A stretch of DNA of 63,897 bases, the filler included. It is 12 parts of 12 records of this genome, joined end to end, with 100 filler letters (N's around TTAATTAATTAA, not from the genome) between each part and the next. Parts side by side here need not be neighbours in the genome. Positions count along the whole stretch, not along the records: positions 1 to 4,422 come from SRR15195285_3208; positions 4,523 to 9,261 come from SRR15195285_3210; positions 9,362 to 13,432 come from SRR15195285_3213; 9 more parts are not named here. One strand, 5' to 3'. The notes under the pieces are model-generated. The model saw only the letters and a program-made list of their open reading frames with translations. It was not told the origin of the DNA and did no database searches. Each line of letters begins with the position of its first letter. Position 1 is the stretch's first letter. Positions 1 through 9,440 of this stretch are shown one piece after another. A program made the translations under genes and the position numbers.

Positions 1-2085
1 CAGCAGCAGCAGCAGCAGCAGCAGCACGCACCAAGTCGGTCTCAGGCCCCACCAGTCGTACCAGTCGATCCAGAGCTGATGGTTGGCATCGCGATGCGCC
101 TACCACCAGGCGAGTGGGATCTACCATTGGATCAGTTGGAGGCTTATGTGGCTGCGCTGCGAGGCGCGCCGCAGCGGACGGGGCATCTTGCCGATGATCT
201 GGCACACCACTTTGGCCTGTCACCGACTACAGCACCACGGCGGCGGAGGAGCACGACTGGAGACTGGCTTGAATCACTGCAACAGCTAGCAGCCGGGCAG
301 AAGGCAGCCACAATGGAGCCAGCAACAGTTGTCGAACAGATTGTGCCAGACTTAGTCCCGCCCGTCGTTGGCTCGCTGTTCGTTCGGGCTTTGCTACGGA
401 ATCCACGACGATACTTCACGCCAGCCATCGACGCCGCCGAGCTGCTGCGCTTTGAGTCACCATTCTCGGAGCTGTTGCAGGCCGACATTCTTAGAGCGTT
501 GCTGAAGCTTGCTACAACAGATCGAAGGGTATGCCGTTCCGCCGCTCGCAGGCTACTTGAGAGCGGTAGTGCTTTGCTGCCACCAGAAGTCCCCAGTGGG
601 GCGTGGAATGCAGCAGCTGACGCACTAATGTCAACGAAAGGTGATGCTGCCGCTGCCGCAGCTGAGCTGGCTGCGTCTGGATTGGTCGCTCAATGGCCGG
701 CCTGGACCGCGCTGACTACACCATCGCCGTCGGGTTCTGGTAGTGATTCTGAGCCCACTCTCACGTTGCCAACGGCTGTACGAGTCGAGCTGGTCGAAGA
801 TAAGGCTGCACTACAACGGTGCATGGAGGAATTCGCAGCCGAGCCGGCTATCGGTATCGATGCCGAATGGCCGCCTGGTGCACCTGGCCCCGCAACAGTC
901 CTCCAGTTGGCTGGGCGACAATGTGTCTACATTGTGGACCTGCCAAACCTGGCTGTTTTGTGTGGGGCCAAGCTGGCAGATGCTCTCAGTGCCCTATTAA
1001 GAGACGAATCCACGCTCAAGGTGGGTTATGGTTTTGCGAACTCTGATCTGCCTCGGCTAGCAGCGCTAGATGCTGCCTACGATCTGCGGGGCGCGAGCCT
1101 CTGCCATGCACGAGCAGTGGTGGACCTTGGCCGGGCTGAATCACAACTTGTCCAAGGCAAGCTTATATCTGGCGGTCTCAATTCGCTTGTCCGAGCGCGG
1201 TTGGGATGCCACCTAGACAAGAGCGAGCAATGTTCAGCTTGGGGGCGGCGGCCTTTGTCTGCAGCTCAGTTGCACTACGCCGCACTGGATGCCTACGTCG
1301 CCCTGTTGCTCTACGATAGAATTGTGGCGGAGCCAAACGGTGTGGCCGCTCTTGAAGCCGCGACCACCAATCCCGCTATTGAAGGCAAAAGCAAAGTGAT
1401 GGCAGATGAACTGGATGGGGCTCTGCTCGGGCGGACAGGTTCAGCGGGCGGTACCACCATCGTCGCGGCTTGCGCAGCCTTCGATCGACTAGACATTCGG
1501 GTCGCGACAGTGGTGACAGTGGCGCCGATTGCGATGGCACACACCCTACTGTGCTTGACAGTAGAAATGCCAGCGGTTTCGCTGGGCGCCAGTGAGGAGA
1601 TTCAGCAGACGGAACGAAAGCAAGTTGTCAGCGGCCTTGCCAAGGAGTACACACCAGCCGAGCTGCTGCAGAGGCCAGTGCTCGTGATTTGCAATGTCGC
1701 CCCAAGAGAAATCTGCGGCCTTCGCTCCGAAGCTGGGCTGCTGTGTGCATACTATGGCACATCTCCTGAGCATCGGGAACTGGTCCGCCCTGCTGCCACA
1801 GCGCAGCCAGGCGAGCCGCTCCGCATCAGTACGACGGCAGAAGCAACAAGTGACCCAGATGCTGCGCTCCGCGCCCCCACAGGACCACCGGACCTTCTCA
1901 TCGACCTCTCCGCCGGGCTTGCTGCCGAGGGTGGCGCTGCGAATGCTTGGGAGGACTGCGCGGCTATGCTTGCTGTGGCCCGCGACACTGGCGCCTTGCT
2001 TCTCAATGGAATGGAATTACGCACTGTTGGCGGGACTTGCTCAGTTGGCTCGGAGGCAGCGGCGGAAGGCTGCTCGTTCCGCTAA
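1..2085 (+). CDS. DEDDy 3'-5' exonuclease (EXD3/Mut-7/WRN-exo-like) fused to C-terminal EMAP II-like tRNA-binding OB-fold; probably 5'-truncated
   Basis: Frame is open from base 1 (poly-Q) through ATG 79 to TAA 2085. Exonuclease motifs IGIDAEW (~850-870), LQLA, VDL, LDKSEQCSAWGRRPLSAAQLHYAALDA. From ~1480: FDRLDIRV...KQVVSGLAKEY...VLVICNVAPREICGLRSEAGLLCA, typical of the tRNA-binding domain. Confidence 0.85.
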   Translation, partial: QQQQQQQQHAPSRSQAPPVVPVDPELMVGIAMRLPPGEWDLPLDQLEAYVAALRGAPQRTGHLADDLAHHFGLSPTTAPRRRRSTTGDWLESLQQLAAGQKAATMEPATVVEQIVPDLVPPVVGSLFVRALLRNPRRYFTPAIDAAELLRFESPFSELLQADILRALLKLATTDRRVCRSAARRLLESGSALLPPEVPSGAWNAAADALMSTKGDAAAAAAELAASGLVAQWPAWTALTTPSPSGSGSDSEPTLTLPTAVRVELVEDKAALQRCMEEFAAEPAIGIDAEWPPGAPGPATVLQLAGRQCVYIVDLPNLAVLCGAKLADALSALLRDESTLKVGYGFANSDLPRLAALDAAYDLRGASLCHARAVVDLGRAESQLVQGKLISGGLNSLVRARLGCHLDKSEQCSAWGRRPLSAAQLHYAALDAYVALLLYDRIVAEPNGVAALEAATTNPAIEGKSKVMADELDGALLGRTGSAGGTTIVAACAAFDRLDIRVATVVTVAPIAMAHTLLCLTVEMPAVSLGASEEIQQTERKQVVSGLAKEYTPAELLQRPVLVICNVAPREICGLRSEAGLLCAYYGTSPEHRELVRPAATAQPGEPLRISTTAEATSDPDAALRAPTGPPDLLIDLSAGLAAEGGAANAWEDCAAMLAVARDTGALLLNGMELRTVGGTCSVGSEAAAEGCSFR

Positions 2086-2183
2086 AAGTTCGTGGGCACC
2101 ACATAACACCAGATACTCGTGCCAACACGTGCGCGGGATGAAAGCCTGGCAAACAAATTCAACCTTTCTCTGATGACAGCAAT

Positions 2184-2217
2184 TATGACCGGGCATAAGG
2201 TCTTATGCCCGGTCATA
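2184..2217. repeat. Perfect 16-bp inverted repeat with 2-nt spacer between two convergent genes
   Basis: TATGACCGGGCATAAG-GT-CTTATGCCCGGTCATA read directly from the sequence. Confidence 0.95.
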
Positions 2218-2285
2218 TGATCATTGACGCTATGCTTCCAGCGACGGGGGCTACCCATTCACTGTGCATGACGTATCAACGCTCG

Positions 2286-4155
2286 CTAAAGGCGAGTCCC
2301 TTGCGACGCACCCCAGCAGCGGTCGGCACTGTCCAACATATGCTCCCAATCCTCAAGCGTTGTCCCATGCTTGCCTTCGCGCGTATGGTATGAGATGTCG
2401 CCACGAGTTACCTCCCCAACTGCTGGCATGGCCTCGTCACTTAAACCCTCGAATCCAAGCAGCCGCCAAACTTCGGATGCGGCAAGTGCGCTCGCAAACT
2501 CTCCAACAGGATCGGCCCAAGAGTCGTCTGCGGCTGTGGTTAAGTGCACTGCCCGAGGCGCGACCAAAGCAACGAGCATGTGGGCGTCGATCGGTGATTC
2601 GTGCTCCCTAGAATGGCAGTACAACACGATGAGTTTGGAATAGAAGCAAATCAAAACCGTGTTTTGAAAGGCACTGGCAGCTCTCACCTGCCACCAAGCG
2701 TGGCATAGTTTCCGCCTTGGTCAAACCAATGGGGATAGCGTGTGGCAGCGCTTGCAATCGTCTCTCCAATCAGCCGCCGCGACAGGCTCGCGCCAGAGTG
2801 ACCGGAGCAGCAAGGACACACTACACTAAACCTCGTGTCAGTAGCACCAGCCCACAAACAAGCCTTTCCAAGACGTGAGAGGCCTGTGACGCCAACCTTA
2901 GATGCATCAATTGCTGTACTTTGTTCACAGAAGTTGAGCATTTGACTCATTCCCCAGGCCCAAAGACCAAGCGCACCACAGCTATAAACCACTTTTGCTG
3001 CATCAAGCACCTTTTGAATAGCTGTTGTGCAGGACACCGAGTTGAAGTCACGATGGAATTCGCCCATCCTATCCGACGATTCACACGATTCAGCCGAGTC
3101 AGCTTGACAGCATGAAAATGCCTGTTCCGGCCAATCGCTTTGCAGCGCACGAGAAAACAGACGCACCAGACGGTCGCGATACCACACCCGCGAGCGATTG
3201 CGTGGCCAATCGCCCACCGACCTGCCGAGTGACCACGCTCCTCCTGAAGCGCAGCACGGGCAACGGTAGCGCGGACCCAGTGTCCTTCTTCTGTCTGCAC
3301 AGCAAGTTCACTGCCTTCTACAGCTACATCGTTGTCCAGATACACCCATGCGGAGAATCGGCAGTCTGTCCAAGGTTTTACCGGACACTCTCGGCCACCA
3401 GTCACACGGCCGCGTCGCACAAAGCCAACAGGATCACCATTGCGTGTTGAGTATACAGTTTCACCGCCGTGGATTGGACATGTGTGACCAATAGCTCCTG
3501 GGTCCCGGATCACAGCGATATCGTCGTCCGAGAGAAGTAGTGAAGCCACGCAGTGAGAGCTGCCAGCAGCGGCGGCACCAGTAGGAGTAGAGAGTGCCTG
3601 AAGCTCTTCCGAGATTGGCACCGACTGATCAGTGCAGATCGTGTGATTGCCATCGAAGTTGAGCCCGCAAACTACGCGGTGCCCAGCGGCGGCACCCAAT
3701 GCGCTGGGTAGGAAGAGCAGCAGGTTAACTCGAGCTGCCGTCCCAGAGGCTGCATGTGCGTATGTGATCACGACATCATGTCGTACAGCAGCACCGTTCA
3801 GGGCTGAATGCTGGCCAACCGTCTCGTAGTGAACCGTGATCCCAGACGAAGCAGGCAGCTGCAGCGGTGGAGCGAACCCCATCATTTCCTGCTCTACGAG
3901 TTGCTGCAGCTCGCCGCGGCGATGACGCTGCCACATGTCGGCACTAGTCACTGCGTCGCCGTCCGTGGTGGTCAGGAGTGGAGGCAGAGCATAGTCTGGT
4001 ACGTTCTCGTACTGAATTTCGCCACTGATGGCGCGGGTCGCCGCCATAGCAGCAGTGTCGTACTTTGTTGCCCGGGAGAGCAGAGCCGGCACACAGTCCC
4101 CTGGCACACCCTGCGTACGGTACGCCAACGCCTGTCTGTAGTCGCCGTCAGTCAT
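2286..4155 (-). CDS. CE15-family glucuronoyl esterase-like alpha/beta hydrolase, 3 exons
   Basis: Motifs VPDYALPPLL, RRGEL, GLNFDGNH, WAWG, GLSRLGKACLWAGATDTRF, SGHSGASLSRR..GET, PIDAHMLVALVAPR, DSWADPVGEF. GT-AG introns 3069-3166 and 2608-2687 join three ORF-track pieces in frame. Start ATG (4155) uncertain. Confidence 0.85.
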
Positions 4156-4422
4156 TTGTCGACAAATGGACACGAGGTGGCGCGTACTGTACAACTTGAT
4201 TTTATACGGTATCAATGCATTTTCATTACACTGGAATCGATTTCTCAGGGAGTGACCGGTGTCACGTCACGCGTTTCGTCATGGAGGATTTTGCACAGCT
4301 AGCGCAAACGTTTCTCACCGGCACGACATGCGACAACGTAGTCGCGGCCGCGTCCTAGGCGCAAGACAACTGAAAGGTTTTGCTAGCTTTCTGGCGCTAG
4401 CAATTTCACGCAAAACCAATAA

Positions 4423-4522
4423 NNNNNNNNNNNNNNNNNNNNNNNNNNNNNNNNNNNNNNNNNNNNTTAATTAATTAANNNNNNNNNNNNNNNNNNNNNN
4501 NNNNNNNNNNNNNNNNNNNNNN
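4423..4522. other. Artificial contig spacer (N44-TTAATTAATTAA-N44); first of 11
   Basis: Identical 100-nt spacers also at 9262-9361, 13433-13532, 20779-20878, 24651-24750, 38031-38130, 44039-44138, 47197-47296, 52828-52927, 56996-57095, 60567-60666. The 12-mer supplies stops in all six frames. Confidence 0.99.
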
Positions 4523-7500
4523 ACCTGCCGCGCAACAATGTCGGGGGCCGTCTGGTACGCACCGTGCACGACCGCAGGCTGCTGCGACAGGAGCATCAGG
4601 AACTATTATGCCACGAGCACTGAGGTATCCGGCCGGCCGCTCGAGTTCAAGCGCTGGAGAACCTACGATCCGCGGGTCCGCGGCTGGTACCAGCAGCTGC
4701 AGCTCGCGTGGCTTTCAAACGGCACGCGTGCAGTGTTCTCAAGCATGTACGAGTTCGCAACGAGCCAGGCGCTTGGGATATCAGCTACCGCCGCGATGCT
4801 GAACACGCAAAACGAGCTTGTTGGGGTGTACGCGGTTGATTATGACGTCGGTACCCTCTCGGCAGTCGTCAATCGCTCAATCACAGCTTCAATGGAGCAT
4901 ATTGCGCGAGCGTGGACCTTCGCGGTGGAGCGCGACAACGGCAAGCTCGTCGCGATATCTACCGGCGACAAACTGTATGATAAGCAGGCAATGATAGATC
5001 GAGGAGTGAGCTTTTCTGACAGTCGTCTGAACGCGGTCGACGCCAGCCATGCCTCGATCCGGGAGGTGGCCCGGATGCTCGCGGCTGACAACTGGCCGGC
5101 CGATGTGTTCTCGAGGATGCCAGTGCAGGAGCCAGCGTCTAACACCGATGGCTTTGAGTTTTACACGGCCGCTATCACAGTCCGCGGCTTAGATTGGCTG
5201 GTGGTTGCTGGCATTGATGTCCGCTGCCAGCGCAACGAGGTCTGGGATTCTGAAGCTGGACGCTGCAAGGCTTGTCGCGGAGGACAGCAGCCGCAAGGAC
5301 CTTCGTGTCAACCCTGCCCGCGCGGACATGCTGGCGTAGATGGTCTGTGCGAAAGGTGCCTGGACGGCACGCACCCAGTAGGCACGAGAACAGAATGTAT
5401 TGCTTGTCCGGCCGGGTTTGCTGGGACGCAGGGACATTGCACCGCTTGCAACGCAGGTGGTCAAGTGGCGTCACAAGACCGCAAGTCATGTGTATGCAAG
5501 TCAGGCACTTATGACAGCTGGTGCTCCCTTGACTCAGCGAGACTAGCGATTGGCTCAGGGGCTACGTGTGTGGCTAGTGAAACACGCCCTGCACAGCCGC
5601 TGCATGTGTTTGTGTGGCCGCACGGTGGGCGTACATGGAGCCACGAACCTGGAAGATTTGGTGGAGACGACATAAACCTGGAGTGGACCATGGCTGACGT
5701 CCCTGAGTTGGCAGTCGCAACTACAGCAAACGGTTGTCCGTGCCTGGCTTGGCCTTGGGCAGGAAGCTCAGACTTTCTCAGCCAGGAAAGTGGAATGCTT
5801 GATGTCGAGCTCGACGGCACCGTGTATCACTATCCTCAAGCGTATGGTATGGATAGCTGCGCCGCTCACGACAATATTCGTCAGCCATATTGTGCTGATG
5901 AGCAAGGAAATCCCTTGCCGGACTCCCCTAGCTTCTGTGACAGCCATTGGTGCTTCGTCGATGCGAACAACTGTGATGTAGCCTCTGACCCTAGCAGCTA
6001 CTTTATGGGATCTCGCCCTACTCTGCACTACAGTTACGAAGCGTGTTCATCCGTGAATGAGTTTGCGTGCACTGATTTCGATGAGCAGTGTGCTGAGGCG
6101 TCGGCAGAGACTGACCGAGACCGGTGCATCCAGTGCCCACGTGACGGTGTGGACTGTACAGATGGGGTAGCCCGTCCACTTGCAGGCTTTACAGAGGTCG
6201 AAGACGCATCCTCGCTTCGCTTCGATCAGCATTTTTTCGCCTGTACGGAGCCAGAGTACTGCGTCGGGATTTCAGAACACGGGAGAAATTCGAGCAGGAT
6301 CGGAAGCTGCATTGCAAATCATGACGGTGTTCTCTGTGCGTCATGTCTACCAGGATATGGCTTGTCAGACAACAATGCTCAGTGCTCAATGTGTACAGAT
6401 ATCACAGTCGGTCAAGTTGTGTTGGTGTGTGCCGGAGTGTTAGGAAGTTTTGTGTTGATGCTTCTTGCTGTGAGGCAGTGGATGAAAGTGGAGCATCGGC
6501 GTGACGTCATTCGCTGTGGTCTCCAGCCGTTGCGTATCACGATCAGCTACTTGCAAGTTGCCTCCCAGATTGGGCAAGTACTCAATTTTCGTTACCCTGG
6601 GTGGTGGGAAGATGTCATTGGCGCATTGCGATATTGGATGGAACCGTGGCGTTTGCTGTTTCGATTGCTCAAGCCAGCTGCTTGCATGGAGGTTTTTGGC
6701 GTGGGACTCGGAGGATTCCACTCGCGATGGGTACTAAACGTCGTGGCTTTACCAACCGTTTCCGTCCTGATTATCACCTTGGTGAAACTTATCGTTGACC
6801 GGAGGATTGACTTCAAGAATGATGCACAGACACACATCGACCTCAGAGGAGCCCTCTTCATGATCCTATTTTTCGTGTACCCTCTGATGATGTCCACATC
6901 GATAGCAGCTTGGGTGTGCACGCCGCTGGACGGGCCATCAGGGGATAGGACACTCCTAGATGCAGACGATCTAGTCTTTTGCGAAGATACAGCGCATGTT
7001 GTTTTTCAGTCCCTGTCGGTTCTCATCATCCTGATCGTCGGTTTACTAGTGCCCATGGGGTTGGGCTGGCATCTGATCATGACAAGTCGCAAGCACGCTG
7101 CGTCCATCCACGCTCTCCGAATCAAAGAGCTGGCAGACGCCCTTTCCACACGAGAGCAACGGATCTCATCAGAAGACGTTAGGCAGGTCGCGGCACATCT
7201 CAACATCGAAGGCTTTTCATTTTTGATTACATGTTACAAAACCAACCACGTCTACTGGGAGTCGGTTGAGATGGTCAAGAAACTTTCATTGGTTGGCCTC
7301 GTTCTTGTCGTCGGTCGAGGCAGTACAGCACAACTGGTGGTTGCCCTGGCGCTGTCAATCTTCTTTCTGATGCTCCACATGCGATATCTTCCGCATAAAG
7401 ACTACTTTGACAATTGCTACAAGGCTGCTGCTGACGTGCATATCCTTATTGTGCTCGTTGTTGCGATTGTGTTGAAGAGTGGCACGAGCCGTGCTCTCAA

Positions 7501-9261
7501 CAACGAACCACTGTCTCCGATATTCTACGAACAATTCCTGACAGCTTCCTTTGTAGTGCTACTCCTTCTCGGCTACCCCGCTTGCACACTGTGTAAAATC
7601 CGAGAACTGCGAGCTGTGAAAGAACGCTGGCGCTTCATACAGCATGGCGCGACGCACCACGTACAGGCGAGTTGTTGTATTGCAGAGCTTGCGGCAGACT
7701 CTCGACGGGTGACGCCAGAGCTCGGGCGAGCTTTTGATCTTTACAGGTGCGGAGCAGCTGTGGGAGCTGGGGAGCGCCAGGAGCTGAATTTCCTTCTTTC
7801 GAGTTACCTGGGTGGCTGGCAGTTCGGCAAGCGGTATGCGGCATTTCTCAGCCACTACAAAGAAGAGGGCGGTACCGTTGCGAGCTTGTTGCATGAAGCA
7901 CTTGTGAGATCGCTGCCTGGAGTCCACGAATCGCAAGTGTTCCTTGACTCCAACAACCTAAGGAACCTTAGACAGCTGGAAGAGCACGTCGTGGACTCCG
8001 AAGTGCTCATCCTTTTGCTGACCAAGAAAGTGCTGAGCCGTCCAATGTGCCTCTTAGAACTTTACACGGCAGCGCAGCACAAGGTACCGATTATCGTTCT
8101 GCGATGTGAAGGACCAGGTGGTGGAAAGGCCGACCAAATACCCGAGGCTCTGAAGGATATTCCAGCTCACTTGCGTCACCATGGATCTGCAGAGTGCGTC
8201 GATAAATCTGACAACATCAATCTCGGTTCTCTTCAGATCTCTGCAGCTGACCTCAGCCAGGTATTGCGGGGTGCGCTGATGGGACTCAACTGGAGGAAAA
8301 GAATCCTTTCATTTTCCTCTCATGCGTCCGGGAAGCTCAGACATGGACAGGCTGTGGTAATCGCTAAGGAGATGGTCCAGCACACTGGCGACGAGACGGA
8401 CAGGAAGACGAACTCTATAGTGCAAGAAAATGCGGCCTTGAGTGTTGAGCTGCTTTCCATTTCTGAGGCCACGATGACAGAAATGGGACTCGATCCCGAA
8501 CAGAAGCTATGCATTGTTCATTCAGAACAAGCGGATGATGAGGCCGTACGCCTTCGTCACGAGCTCATAGAAAGGACTGATCTAAAGGAGGGTCAGATCT
8601 ACCTCCGCGGAGAAGTCGAAGGAGGCCAAGATGCACTCTTTCAGAAGGTTGTGGTCGTGCTGATGTTGCAAACGCGGAATGTCCTCCGCGAAATTCATTG
8701 CATCAGCTTGCTCTACAAAGCTCTGGACCGCAACATTCCGCTCATCACAATCAACCTTGTTACTGATCATCCATCTATAGACAAAACTCCACAGCTACAA
8801 GAAATGCAGTACAAATACCGCGAGAGTGCAAATCTCATGAAGCACCTGAGTCTCCTAGCACTGCCCGAGGGGAAGCTCGAGGACGTGTGCGCACTGGAGC
8901 ATGGTTCTCATTCAATTCAGAAGATTCAAGACACGCTGTCAAACAACATCCCTGACATCATTTCCACGAATATATTGGCGGCGTCGGGCGGACATGAGAC
9001 AGGGAGTGGCGCTATAGAGTACAAGATGCAGATTGCTGAGGTCGTTCGTAGGCTTGAGGTCGTTTGCAAAGGAACAGTAGACGGAGCAAGGGTCAGGAGC
9101 TCCGCAGGAGAAGACTCTGACTCAGCGGAGCCTTGCACTGAGCAGCCAGATGTTGAGGAAGGAGAGTCGTTAAAAGCAGTCAAGGACTTGCCAGTATCAA
9201 GTGTTGAAGAAGAAAAAGAACCGGGCGCAGTAGAACCAGAACCAGAACCAGAACCAGAACC
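4523..9261 (+). CDS. Large membrane receptor, partial at both ends: Cache-like sensor, Cys-rich repeats, kringle-like module, multi-TM core, TIR plus degenerate TIR
   Basis: YDPRVRGWY Cache motif (4664-4690); CxxC repeats; WCFVD module (~5734-6045); hydrophobic helices with YLQV, YP, YWESVEMVKK; TIR AFLSHY...VFLDS..L..L...SEVLILLLTKKVLSRPMCLLEL (7835-~8110); second TIR-like unit from 8501. Frame open at both contig ends. Confidence 0.8.
9233..9261 (+). repeat. (GAACCA)n microsatellite encoding EPEPEP at contig end
   Basis: Direct reading. Other contig termini also end in simple repeats: (CAG)n 1-24, (CT)n 9362-9387, GCAC/GGAC-type repeats ~20725-20778, (GGC)n 47297-47326 and ~52928-52955, (GGCTCA)n ~60667-60695. 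Confidence 0.95.
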
Positions 9262-9440
9262 NNNNNNNNNNNNNNNNNNNNNNNNNNNNNNNNNNNNNNN
9301 NNNNNTTAATTAATTAANNNNNNNNNNNNNNNNNNNNNNNNNNNNNNNNNNNNNNNNNNNNCTCTCTCTCTCTCTCTCTCTCTCTCTGTCCTGCGCGCGT
9401 GCGCGCTGTTTCTCCATCCACCCACAACATTTCGTGCCTG

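Noticed and set aside
4467-4478. Recurrent TTAATTAATTAA as a biological repeat or CRISPR-like array
   Set aside because: Always centred in exactly 44+44 Ns; it is a six-frame stop linker added during concatenation.
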